In this document: positions 19,425-29,207 of the stretch, in pieces | Layout of the letters: every line of letters starts with the position of its first letter | How positions within the stretch are numbered: the first letter of the stretch is position 1 | DNA from: Sulfidibacter corallicola | GTDB taxonomy: Bacteria > Acidobacteriota > Holophagae > Acanthopleuribacterales > Acanthopleuribacteraceae | Reading direction: 5' to 3' | DNA: 64,000 bases | NCBI RefSeq assembly: GCF_017498545.1 | Contig: NZ_CP071793.1 | Span: forward strand, 7,308,256 to 7,372,255 | Made by a program: the position numbers and the translations under genes | Notes under the pieces: generated by a model | Seen by the model: only the letters and a program-made list of their open reading frames with translations | The model's database searches: none | What the model was told of the DNA's origin: nothing

Positions 19425-20111
19425 GGGGCAATCCTCGACATGGCGGGGTGGCGCGCGTATGCCGCGCAACGATCGGATCGATGGACCGCCGATCGTGGGG
19501 GTATCGAACGCGACGTGAATCGGAAATGGATTTTTTCCCAATCTGCGGTCACGGTGAGTTTTCGCCACGGAGGAAACGGAAATTAGACGCTGTTCGCGCT
19601 GTGTTTTATGGATTTATGTGCTCGTTTCCCTCTGTGGTTCCTGTCCGCGGTGGTTTGGAAGGACCTTGGTTTGCAGAACGATTTGACGGGACACGTTCCC
19701 GACTCGCGTCGAGCTACCATTAAATCACGAAACTTTCGGATGGCCGCGCTCTTTAGCCCAACCAGCGGTGGGTAGGGTCCGGTGCCACGTCCCATGACCC
19801 GTGGTTTCGGTTAGGATCGGCTCGGGCGAGGAGACCGATCTGCCGTGCCGGCACCGGAGATCCGGCTCATCGCACCGGGCTCCTCATGGGTGCTGCGGCA
19901 TCCGGTCTTTCAACCACCACAAATTCAAGCGGGAAGGCATTCTTGTCGTATGATTGGAAGATCTCCCCCCTCAAAGACTCAATGGTTTCGATCATCTCGA
20001 TGTTGCCGCTTCTCGGCAGGGCTCCTCGTGCTAGAATGTCCGGCCGCTCTGCCATACCTGGCGTGGCTGTAAATACCTCGATGTTCGATAAATCACGATT
20101 ATTGTGGAAAG

Positions 20112-23015
20112 TTGTTGACCGTGACTGTGACCAAGGTCCCCGATGCACAACGAAATCTTTTTCTTCGCCAGCTCCACGGTGCCGCCTTCTACCCCGGCAC
20201 CTCCAAACGCGCCCTGAGTCGGCTGTTGTGGCGTGCCGGCGAGTACGGGTTCGCGGAGGCTGGAACCTCGATCCTGGAAGCGCTCAAATCTCGCTATCCG
20301 ATGGTGTTGTATTGCGGGGCCTGGGCCGCGGGGCGGTGTGAGATCGATGGTGCTCGAACTCGTCTGGACTCGATTCAGCGAACGCAGCAACTTCCCGATT
20401 ACGTTCGCTTCATGGCGGGAGAAGCGTGGCGCCATCTCTTGACGCCCGATGAGAAAGCGACTTTGCGAGACCGTGGGTTCGGTGATCTCCCGGCCTGGTT
20501 TCGCGAAGTCTGCCAAGAGCCCGATTCCTTCGTGATGCGATTCCGCGAAATGCTCTCGCAACAGGCGGGGTTTCATCACGCCGCTCTCATCTGGGATTTG
20601 TACCGGATCGACGATCCGGAAGATCGGCGGGTGCGGCATTGCCTGCTCGCCGCGCTTACGGAGTTGCCACTGCGACCCCCGCTCTTCCGATTCCTGCGGC
20701 GAATTTTCAAGGCGGCGATCTTCCGCGGCGATGCGGAAGTGTTCGGAATCCTCGCCTATCGTTTCGAAGTGGAGCGTGCGCAGCGGGTTTCGGGGTGGGG
20801 TTGGGTGACCGACGGGCCCCAGGTCTTCAAGGTCCGGCTGCCTGACGAGTTCGCCAAGGACGGTTGTAAAATCGGCTTTCTCTCGTCTTCCAAAGATTAC
20901 TTGCGGCGCGCGTCCTGGCGCACGCTGAAGCGGATGGCCGAAACCGACGGTGCCACCTACGTTCGGTTTGCGGCGGAGCTGCTGCGTCACTATCGCGACG
21001 AAGACGGCAAAGAACCACGGAGCTATCGCCACTACGACGGCATCGAGGAAACCTGGCACGAAGTGGTGGCCGACCGTTTCGCCGCCTGTTTTCTGATGAA
21101 CCAGGTCATCTACGGGCGGAGCCCGCGCTACCGGCGCCCCCCCGGCCGCCTTCACTGGCGCTGTCGCGGCGATTGGGTGCCCGGCGATGCACCGCCCGAC
21201 GTGCGCGAGGAGGCCTTTCCCGAACTTTGGGATCAACGCCCCGATTTGTTGCGCATGCTTCTGCTGCGCGGTCGTTGCCACCGGGTTCACCAGTTCGCGG
21301 CAAAGGCGCTCGCCGATCGGGCCGACACGACCTGGACCCTGCAGGATCTGGTCGCGCTGCTGAACGGGCCCTTTCCGGAAACGCGGGCCCTGGGCTTCCA
21401 CTTGGTGCGGCATCGCCATGCCGACCTGATCGATGAGCCGGAGATCGCCACGGCGTTGCTGTTGTGCCCGGAACCCGAGGCCCATCGCCTCGCACTCGAT
21501 CGCGCGCCCGATCCCTCCTGGCCGGCCGGTCACCCAACCGTGGTGGTGCGTTGGGCGCTCAGCACCCATCGCGACGTTCGACGAGCCTGTCTCGACTGGC
21601 TGGCCACCAACCCGCTGCAGCCCGATTTCGCCGAACACATTTTGCACCGTCTGACCGTGCGGCTGGCCTCCGGCTTGTCCGGGACCCTCGAGACGGCCTG
21701 GGCTCGGGATGTGGCCGCGATCGTCGAAACCCTGGGTGAACGCGTCGAAGCCACGGGGGACCTGGCGCGGGCGGGCTTCGCGCCCAGTGAGACCGTCGCC
21801 TTGGAGATGATGGACCATCCTTGCGAGGACGTGGGACGCCTTGCCCTGAGGCTTTTGGCGCGTTTCGCGGCAACGCCCGAATCGCTTTCCGATGGCTTTT
21901 GGATGGCGGTCTGGCGGGCCGAGGACCGCTACGAATTGGGTTTGGACTTGTTGGGCCGCCTGCCGGATTCGGCACTCCTGCGTCACGCCGCCGCGCTGGT
22001 CTTCTTTTGCCGCGATTCGCGCGCGGCCGTTCGCGAGCGTGCGGGCCTGCTGCTGGATCGGCTGTATTCGATTTCCCCGGAGTGCCGCGAACTGGCGGTT
22101 CAACTGCTGTGCCGCGATCTGCTGCGGGCACCCGATTCGCCGGAGGCGCACCAGGCGCGCCTGGAGGTCCTGTGCGGTCCCCTGCAGTGCGGCCTCGTCG
22201 CGGTGGACGATGCCCTGCTGCGACGCCTCTTGGCGGTGCCCCATGCCGCGGCACACCGGCTCGCGGCACAGATCATCCGCCATTTTCGCGATGTGGCGGA
22301 TTTCGAAGAGCGCGACCTGGTGCGGCTGGCGGATCACGTCTTGCCGGAACTGCGGGTGTTCGCGGCCTCGGCCGCCCTGCAGTGGTTCGAGCCGGAGACG
22401 CGACGTTGCTCCGCCGTCTGGGCATCGTTGTTGGACAGCGAATGGGAGGATACCTTCGAATTCGCCACGGCCCTCTTCGAAGAGCTTTTGGCGGAAGGCA
22501 AGCTGTCGGCCGATGCCTGGCTCGCATTGCCTCGTGCCAAAAGTGACCGGGGTCGGGATTTCAGCCGGCGATTGCTCGATTTCGCGCTGAATGACGTCGG
22601 ATCTTGGCCGCATCTGGTCGAACTCGCGAATCGTGCATCGGGTGCGCTTCTCGAACGAATCGCCGTCCGGATGCTGGCCGAGGTGGACCGGGCGCCCAAA
22701 CACGTGGCCGAATTCGGCCCCGTCATGGGTGCCCTGTTGACGAACCGCGCCGCTTCTGGAACATTGCGTCGCCGGGCCCTGGAACCGGTTTTGGACGGCA
22801 TGGTCGGTGGCCGGTTGGCGCCCTCCGTCGGTTGGTCCTGGTTGAACCGCTTACAGAGCCGGCTGCCCGCCAGGCGGCGCGGCGAATTGGTCGCGGCCCT
22901 CGCGGCCAAAGGGCTGGTGTGGGCACCGGGCGCCAAGAAAAAATCTCCGCCTTTCGGGTTGATGGTACAGCGGGTTCCCGTTCCCGTTCGCGAAAGCCGG
23001 CGCGTCACGACCTGA
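20112..23015 (+). CDS. Large (967 aa) predicted all-alpha/HEAT-ARM-like protein of unknown function. Candidate partner or effector of the downstream retron-type reverse transcriptase.
   Basis: TTG/GTG start region. Very strong GC3 bias along the whole plus-strand frame. The overlapping 890-aa minus-strand ORF is R/Q/G/P-rich and looks like an antisense artefact. Leu/Ala/Arg-rich with helical periodicity. No catalytic motif recognised. Ends 494 bp before the RT ORF on the same strand. Confidence 0.55.
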   Translation: MLTVTVTKVPDAQRNLFLRQLHGAAFYPGTSKRALSRLLWRAGEYGFAEAGTSILEALKSRYPMVLYCGAWAAGRCEIDGARTRLDSIQRTQQLPDYVRFMAGEAWRHLLTPDEKATLRDRGFGDLPAWFREVCQEPDSFVMRFREMLSQQAGFHHAALIWDLYRIDDPEDRRVRHCLLAALTELPLRPPLFRFLRRIFKAAIFRGDAEVFGILAYRFEVERAQRVSGWGWVTDGPQVFKVRLPDEFAKDGCKIGFLSSSKDYLRRASWRTLKRMAETDGATYVRFAAELLRHYRDEDGKEPRSYRHYDGIEETWHEVVADRFAACFLMNQVIYGRSPRYRRPPGRLHWRCRGDWVPGDAPPDVREEAFPELWDQRPDLLRMLLLRGRCHRVHQFAAKALADRADTTWTLQDLVALLNGPFPETRALGFHLVRHRHADLIDEPEIATALLLCPEPEAHRLALDRAPDPSWPAGHPTVVVRWALSTHRDVRRACLDWLATNPLQPDFAEHILHRLTVRLASGLSGTLETAWARDVAAIVETLGERVEATGDLARAGFAPSETVALEMMDHPCEDVGRLALRLLARFAATPESLSDGFWMAVWRAEDRYELGLDLLGRLPDSALLRHAAALVFFCRDSRAAVRERAGLLLDRLYSISPECRELAVQLLCRDLLRAPDSPEAHQARLEVLCGPLQCGLVAVDDALLRRLLAVPHAAAHRLAAQIIRHFRDVADFEERDLVRLADHVLPELRVFAASAALQWFEPETRRCSAVWASLLDSEWEDTFEFATALFEELLAEGKLSADAWLALPRAKSDRGRDFSRRLLDFALNDVGSWPHLVELANRASGALLERIAVRMLAEVDRAPKHVAEFGPVMGALLTNRAASGTLRRRALEPVLDGMVGGRLAPSVGWSWLNRLQSRLPARRRGELVAALAAKGLVWAPGAKKKSPPFGLMVQRVPVPVRESRRVTT

Positions 23016-23544
23016 ACCGGCTCGGTGGCGTGCCCGTCACGCCGTCCATTCTTTTTCTGGATTTGATTGTCATGAAGATCGAAACGAACATGCGACGACG
23101 TCCCGGCTCGACCGTTCGGGACCTATCGAAACCGGGTGATCGGTGGCACCCCTTCTTTGGGCGGTGGGCACCGGTTAGGATAATGGCGAGGCTGGCTTCG
23201 GGCGCCGGTGCCGGGCTCGCTCGGAGCGAGTCGCGCGTTACCGTTTTCCAAAAATCCGTTTTGGGCTATGATGTGCGCACCCCGATCGGGGGATGCGACA
23301 CCGACCGACCGCCTTGCATCCCGGATGGCGGATCGCCATCCCTGCTTTCAGCCACGACATGCATCACCGGCCGGCCTTTGGCACACCGGGGCCTTTTCCG
23401 AAATCCGCATTACGGTCTGAATTCCGTGAACTTAATGCGTGCTTTCGGCACGACCCCGCCGATGGCTGAGCCGTCCGGTTCCGAGAAGTCGACGAAGGTT
23501 TCGGGTCGGTGTCGCCCTTGCTCGGGCAGGGGAGGTGCGGTGCT
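23016..23544 (+). ncRNA. Candidate retron non-coding RNA (msr-msd) region upstream of, and overlapping, the RT start. Exact boundaries not determined.
   Basis: Noncoding stretch rich in local hairpins: GCTCGCTCGGAGCGAGTC, GATGGCGGATCGCCATC, GGATGCGACACCGACCGACCGCCTTGCATCC, CGTGCTTTCGGCACG. Its position is what retron architecture predicts. The a1/a2 repeats and the branching G were not pinned down. Confidence 0.3.
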
Positions 23545-24882
23545 GTGATCGATCCGCATACATCCCCCGACCCCTCCGGCTTCGCACCTTCCGGACCTGA
23601 AGCGTCTTCGGACCAAAGGTTGCCGACCGTCGATTCGCAGGACCAGGTGGTGGATCGCGATCTTTGTCTCGATCCCTTGCGAACCGAGTTGGAACAACGC
23701 CTGGGCGATGAGGCCCGGCGCCGACTTCGTCGTGAAAGGAACCTGGCTGCCCGACGGAGGTCCCGTACACCTCGACCCACGCCGCCAAGGGTCCCAACCC
23801 AAACGCTGACCTACCTCGGTGATCGCCTGAGTGGCGGGCTCCAAGATCGGCGCTCGCGACTGGATCGTCTGGCCGACCACCCCCAGTTGCCGGTGCTCCA
23901 CGATGCCGATGACCTGGCTGCGGCGATGGGAATCGAGATTTCCGAACTTCGGTTCCTGGCGTTCGCGCCGACGCATTCAAGAGTGAACCACTACCAGCGA
24001 TTCCTGCTGCCCAAGAAAACTGGGGGACATCGCCAGATTTCGGCACCGATGCCGCGCTTGAAGGCCGCCCAACACTGGATCTACCAACGGATTCTGGCTC
24101 AAGTTCCCGTCCACCGGGCCGCCAAGGGGTTTCTGCCCGGCCATTCGATCGTGGACAACGCCAGACCGCACGTGGGCGCCGACGTGGTGATCAACATGGA
24201 TCTGGAGAACTTCTTTCCCACCATTACTTTCGCCCGGGTCAAGGGTCTCTTTCGCACCTTGGGGTACAGCGAGCAGGTCGCCACCATCCTGGGCCTGCTC
24301 TGTACCGAACCCGAAGTGGAGACCTACGAGTGGTTGGGCGAGCGATACCACGTGGCGCGCGGGCCAAGGTTTTTGCCCCAGGGGGCGCCTTCTTCGCCAC
24401 CGGTCACCAACCTTCTGTGCCGGCGCCTGGATCGCAGGCTCGACGGACTGGCGCGAAGCCTGGGATTCCATTACACCCGGTATGCCGATGACCTGACGTT
24501 TTCCGGTTCGGGCGAGGCCACCGACCGGGTGGGCAAACTGCTGGGCAAGGCGCGCGACATCATCGAACACGAGGGTTTCAGGCCTCATCCGAAAAAGACC
24601 CGCGTTTTGCGAGCCGGCCGCCAGCAGGAGGTGACCGGCATCGTGGTCAATCGAAAGTTGTCTCTGGATCGAAAGACGTTGCGCCGGTTTCGAGCGGTTC
24701 TGTTCCAGGTCGAGCTCGACGGGCCCGCCGGCAAACGCTGGGGTAACGGCGGAGATCTGCTGGCTTCGTTGGAGGGTTACGCCCATTTCGTGCACATGGT
24801 CGACGCGGAGAAGGGCCGCGCGTTTTTGGATCGGGTCGAAGCCATCAAAGCGCGTTACGGATCGGATTCGATCGAGTTGTGA
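23509..24882 (+). CDS. Retron-type reverse transcriptase (RNA-directed DNA polymerase)
   Basis: RT domain 1 LPKKTGGHRQISAP. NAxxH (VDNARPHVG). Domain 3 VINMDLENFFPTI. QGxxxSP (LPQGAPSSPPVTNLL). YADD catalytic box (YTRYADDLTFSG). VTG (QQEVTGIVVN). The ORF-track start is a GTG at 23509. An alternative GTG at 23545 has a GGGGAGG RBS. The ~150 aa N-terminal extension may partly be msd DNA rather than protein. Confidence 0.85.
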   Translation: MSPLLGQGRCGAVIDPHTSPDPSGFAPSGPEASSDQRLPTVDSQDQVVDRDLCLDPLRTELEQRLGDEARRRLRRERNLAARRRSRTPRPTPPRVPTQTLTYLGDRLSGGLQDRRSRLDRLADHPQLPVLHDADDLAAAMGIEISELRFLAFAPTHSRVNHYQRFLLPKKTGGHRQISAPMPRLKAAQHWIYQRILAQVPVHRAAKGFLPGHSIVDNARPHVGADVVINMDLENFFPTITFARVKGLFRTLGYSEQVATILGLLCTEPEVETYEWLGERYHVARGPRFLPQGAPSSPPVTNLLCRRLDRRLDGLARSLGFHYTRYADDLTFSGSGEATDRVGKLLGKARDIIEHEGFRPHPKKTRVLRAGRQQEVTGIVVNRKLSLDRKTLRRFRAVLFQVELDGPAGKRWGNGGDLLASLEGYAHFVHMVDAEKGRAFLDRVEAIKARYGSDSIEL

Positions 24883-24938
24883 GGCATGCGGCAACGTCAA
24901 TACCTCGGCTCACGGGCACTTCGAAGCGGTTTGTTTCG

Positions 24939-25305
24939 CGAGAATGAACCCCGATCGCGTTCTGATCCGGCGTGCGCCCAGCTCGATTTCGAGAATGAAA
25001 CATCGCGAAGCGAGCCGCTTCGAAGAGCCTCCACATGCGCAAGAGACGTAAAGCCTGTAGGTTGAGCAGCTTGCTCAACCAGTCGTAGCAACCCAGGCAG
25101 CGACAATCAATTACGCCAAAGAGCGAAGCCGATCATTCTCCTCACGACCCCAATCGAAAGCCGTGAGGTCCAAAGTTCCCGCATCGGGAGAGCGGCGTCA
25201 GGCCTGTAGATTGAGCAGCTTGCTCAACCAGTCGTAGCAACCCAGGCAGCGACAATCAATTACGCCAAAGGGCGAAGCGCACCCTTCCCCGGATCGCGTT
25301 CCGAT
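24939..25305. repeat. Cluster of MITE-like family-A repeats. A 77-bp unit with the palindrome TTGAGCAGCTTGCTCAA is directly repeated at 25052-25128 and 25201-25277, and the leader part (24956-25060) recurs at 48303-48387.
   Basis: Direct reading: two near-identical 77-bp copies with 2 mismatches, flanked by the related motifs CGCGTTCTGATCCGGCGTGCGC and CGCGTTCCGATCCGGAGTGCGGG. Confidence 0.75.
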
Positions 25306-26224
25306 CCGGAGTGCGGGATCCCATGAATTCGCCGCTTCAGGGGCCGTCATTTCATAGTGATCGTCGCATCGAGTCGCGATGTGGAAGCGATGGGAACCGA
25401 AACTATGCGTTTCCGCTTGTGAAACTATGGATGATTCCTCATGGGGTAATAAAAGTGGTGCGCGTAAATGGACGAGACCGACGTTCGAGCGCGCGGGTCC
25501 TGCGGTCTACGGCAACGCAACCGGTGAAGCCCGATCGAGCGCCTTGTTCAGCCGGAAGAAGGCCCGATTCGCGCGCATCGTGGTCGACTCTCTCATGAAA
25601 ATGGCTGTCCCGTTCGGGTCGGTTCTGTGTTAAGTGTCTTTAGTGCACTTGAAATATTGTATTTACGTTGAGGTTGTTAGGGCTCATCGGAAGATGAACC
25701 CTGTTGTAGAGCGATGCCCGGAAAAAAATACCGAGGCGACAAGGCGGTCGTTTCGCGCCACTGGAGAGGGAAAAAATCGGGCACATGCTGTCGCATCGAC
25801 GAGCGACATAGGGCTTGCGAGCGTCCCTGAAACCCGAGCCGGATGAGGCGAAGCGTCTGAAAGGCACGGATTTGGATTCCGGCGCTGCCGGTTCGGAGGT
25901 GGGCTGTACGGGTGGATTTCGGCTGCGATCCGGGCTGCGTCGCGCATCGATGGATTGTCGCCCAGGGAGGACCAGCAAATAGGCCCGAGATTTGCTTTGT
26001 GATGTGGCATACGGTCTGTAAAGACATTCGGATTTCTGAATATTAATCATCGAATTGCATGTCAGAAGAATGGAGTCAAAGCCATCCACACATTGATCGG
26101 TTAGGATGCGAAGGCCGCCATGAATCGCCAATTCTTTCAATGAAAACGGCCGTTGAATCGCATCTCCATACTTTCATCAATTTCTTTGTTTAACCTAAGC
26201 ACTGTTCCGCAAAGGGAGGGTTCC

Positions 26225-28519
26225 TTGAGTAAGTTGGAGTGGGCGAGTTCCGCCAAACGTCTTCTTCTAACGGTGGTGTTCACCGGAATCATGCTTCTGC
26301 CGAGTGCGTTGATGGCTCAGTCGTTCAGCGTCACCAATCGAACGTCCTCGGCATCCAATTTCGCCGAGAGGGACGGTTCGGTAACCGTCACCGTCGATGT
26401 CCGCAATACCGGTTCTCAGACCTTGACCAATGTCGTACCTCACTTAGTAGCACCCGCTTGTGCCGAATATCTAGGCTCGACCATTTTTAATACTACTTAT
26501 CTTGGGTATGGAAGTTCGCAGGTGCTCGCGCCCGTACCTTCATGGGGTCCCAATACCACCCAGTCACTGACCTTCAACATCCATATGGTCGACAACAGTT
26601 TCATGTGCCCCGATCTGGGTCCGGCCAATCTTCCGGCCGATTGCTTGACGTTCGAAGTGGGGTTCACCCACGCCGCCAACCCCAACCTGGTTTTCGCGTC
26701 CGATTCGTCCAATCAATTGCGTTTCTCCAATCCTCCCGCCGATGGAATTCGGGTCGTCGACGTCATCTCCGACACCAACCCGGCGCCGCGGACGGAAGGC
26801 GGCGGTTGCAGCCTCTACAACTCCTCGAGCTGGACCGTCCCCATTCGCGACCAGGGCCTCAACCGCTCGCAGGTGGACAACACCAGCTATCGCCTTTTCC
26901 TGGGCATCGATTGGAACCTCAACGTCAACAACGTGCCCAGCGGCGAGAATCTCGAGTGGTGGAACGGCCTCGCTTCCTTCCAGTATCCCCTCGGTAACTC
27001 CTATTACGACCTCTGGGTCGCCCTGGTGCGCGAGGAAATCGCGATGATCGACCCCTCGACCCAAATCTTCGACGCTTCCAATCGCCTGTTCCCCCAACGC
27101 GAGTTGGGCGGGCATGGTCTCTTCAACCAAATCGACTGTGACAGCGAGACTTGGAACTTTTTCGACATTACCGAGCAAGAGGTCAACGGTCAGACGGTAC
27201 GCGAAGTCCTGACGTCCCCGGTTTCCATTCCGGTCCGTTTCCAGCAACGCAACACCCGCGTCAATTTCCGATCCGCCGCACTGTACGTGATGAACGTCAA
27301 CGGCTGTACCCAAGCCTCGGCGTTCGGGGATATCGCCAATCTGAATGCGTTCCAGTTCACCCAATTCGCGATGGACGAGGACGGCAACGCCGAAGCCGCG
27401 GTGAGCGTTCCCGCGGCCTGGCGATCTGGGAATCAGTTGACCGGCAGTTACACCATCGAGTGGTACTATCGCCAAACCGACAGTTTCGCCCGGGCTACCC
27501 GCATCGGTGGCGGTACCACCGACCCCCGCGCCCTGAGCACCGATCTGAGCCTGCCTTCCGGCGAGCCTGGCGAATACCAGATCGAAGCGCGCATCAAACA
27601 CAGCTCGGGTGCGGTGATCTCGGTCGTCTCGCCGGCCCACGGTTTGACCTATCAATCACTGGTGGAGCCGCTCTTCCTGGACGCCGAAGATCCCATCGCC
27701 GACACCTACCTGGACTTGGGCGAGATTCTCGAACAACCGTTCAGCTTCCGCAACGACACGGGCGCCAACGCCACGGTGCGCATCACCTTGGGTTCGGTGA
27801 GTCCCGCCGACGCGCAGATCGCGTTCGGCACGGACAGCCAGGGCCTGGTTCACGGGGCCTGTGCCGACAGTCGCCAGGTGATCAGTGTGGGCGTAAACAA
27901 CGGATCGACCTTGAATCTGGGGCTCTGGTACCGCCTGCTGCAGTTGTCGCGGGAATGCGAGTCCCTGCGGTTCTCGATCGACGTGGCCTATACCCAGGGC
28001 AGCTTCACCTCGAGCTACAAGCAGACCTTCTCCGTGTTGGGCAACTGCCAGGACGAGGCCGCCAAGTGGTTTGAAAGCGACTTCGAAAAGGCCGGCGCCA
28101 CGGTGCCCGACAATCCCTTCAACGTGGACCTGGACGGCCTGCTCGCGTTCTGGGGTTTCTGTCCCAACACCCCGCTCGCGTTCCCCGTGTTAGGGCAGGG
28201 CAACTACCGAATGCGTTGGTTCGACGGTGCCGAAAGCCTGTGCAGCGATGCCCCCGAAGCGGGTGTGAACGGCGCGGTCTGGGCCGATCCCGATCTCACC
28301 GAGACAGGCGATATCTTCGTGGAAATTCGCGATCTCGACAACGATGTCACGCGGGTCTATCCCTTCCGAATCGTGGTGGTCGACGTGTTGCCGGCCCGCG
28401 AGGACCTGCTGCCTCGTTGGCGCGAATCCACCAACGACGACGTGGACATGAACGGCGACGGTTTCGTCGACCTGCTCGACATGCTGATTTTCTATAGCGC
28501 AGGCGGCTGCGGCCGCTGA
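26225..28519 (+). CDS. Large secreted protein of unknown function with a C-terminal dockerin-like Ca-binding repeat
   Basis: Proposed TTG start at 26225 after an AAGGGAGGG RBS (the ORF track starts at a TTG at 26153). Signal peptide KRLLLTVVFTGIMLLPSALMAQS. C-terminal DVDMNGDGFVDLLDMLIF. Confidence 0.5.
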   Translation: MSKLEWASSAKRLLLTVVFTGIMLLPSALMAQSFSVTNRTSSASNFAERDGSVTVTVDVRNTGSQTLTNVVPHLVAPACAEYLGSTIFNTTYLGYGSSQVLAPVPSWGPNTTQSLTFNIHMVDNSFMCPDLGPANLPADCLTFEVGFTHAANPNLVFASDSSNQLRFSNPPADGIRVVDVISDTNPAPRTEGGGCSLYNSSSWTVPIRDQGLNRSQVDNTSYRLFLGIDWNLNVNNVPSGENLEWWNGLASFQYPLGNSYYDLWVALVREEIAMIDPSTQIFDASNRLFPQRELGGHGLFNQIDCDSETWNFFDITEQEVNGQTVREVLTSPVSIPVRFQQRNTRVNFRSAALYVMNVNGCTQASAFGDIANLNAFQFTQFAMDEDGNAEAAVSVPAAWRSGNQLTGSYTIEWYYRQTDSFARATRIGGGTTDPRALSTDLSLPSGEPGEYQIEARIKHSSGAVISVVSPAHGLTYQSLVEPLFLDAEDPIADTYLDLGEILEQPFSFRNDTGANATVRITLGSVSPADAQIAFGTDSQGLVHGACADSRQVISVGVNNGSTLNLGLWYRLLQLSRECESLRFSIDVAYTQGSFTSSYKQTFSVLGNCQDEAAKWFESDFEKAGATVPDNPFNVDLDGLLAFWGFCPNTPLAFPVLGQGNYRMRWFDGAESLCSDAPEAGVNGAVWADPDLTETGDIFVEIRDLDNDVTRVYPFRIVVVDVLPAREDLLPRWRESTNDDVDMNGDGFVDLLDMLIFYSAGGCGR

Positions 28520-28554
28520 GTGCCTCGCTCTCGAAGGAACCTCGATACATGAGA

Positions 28555-28584
28555 GGCCGGGTCTCGTACCCGGCCTTTTTTATT
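28555..28584 (+). terminator. Intrinsic terminator (GGCCGGGT-CTCGT-ACCCGGCC followed by TTTTTTA)
   Basis: Perfect 8-bp GC stem plus T-run 36 bp after the stop at 28519. Confidence 0.7.
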
Positions 28585-29207
28585 GCCGAGTCTGCCTTTG
28601 GGCAAAAAAAAGGGCACCGGCTCGTCGCCGGTGCCTGGAATGAGAAGGTTGGGAGGTGTTCCCGTGCCCGTTGATGAGGTTTGGTGAAGGGACTCACCGG
28701 TTCGTGAGGGTTGGGGCACGGAACTGCTTTGAGGAGAAGCACGTGATCGCTCAAGGAGTAAAGGGATCACGCGTTTGGCTTCTGGTGAGGTAAACCATCG
28801 CCGTTCTCAAGTAGTAGGGCGTGGGATCGCGAAAAAAAGTGCCGCCTTTTTTCACATTTTTTGGAGATGAGATTCAGCCTCGGTTTCCTTGGGGAGGGCC
28901 CGAGTCGGAGTGGCTGTCCGAACCGGATTCGAGGAGGGGAGAAACTCTTTGGCATCGGGCTCACGCAGGAATCAGAAATCCACTGCCCTCAAATTCGAGT
29001 TGCGTTAAGGTTGCGCAAGTAGGGGAGTTATGGCCCAAAGTTGAGTTCCGGGGCGGCGTCGTCGAAAAGAGGAAAGAGACACAGTTTGTCACAAAACGCG
29101 TGTTCCACTATCTCTTTCGGGTCTCGGACCTTTCGAGGTGGATGGGATTCCGGAGGGGCCCACGCAAATCTTTCACGGACGAGAAATCCATACCCAAGGA
29201 TGGGACC

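Noticed and set aside
18066-19568. Longer 500-aa version of the polyferredoxin
   Set aside because: The first 48 residues lack any protein-like character. An internal ATG at 19424 has a GAGGA RBS and begins just before the first TM helix.
20031-22703. 890-aa minus-strand ORF overlapping the 967-aa gene
   Set aside because: Its translation is Arg/Gln/Gly/Pro-rich with no hydrophobic periodicity, which is typical of an antisense frame in a GC-rich gene. The plus-strand frame carries the GC3 signal.
24897-25106. Small ORFs with similar products at 24897-25106 and 48202-48438 (LVEQAA.PTGFTSL.HV)
   Set aside because: They are translations of two copies of the family-A repeat. The similarity reflects DNA repeat identity, and they have no RBS or coding bias.
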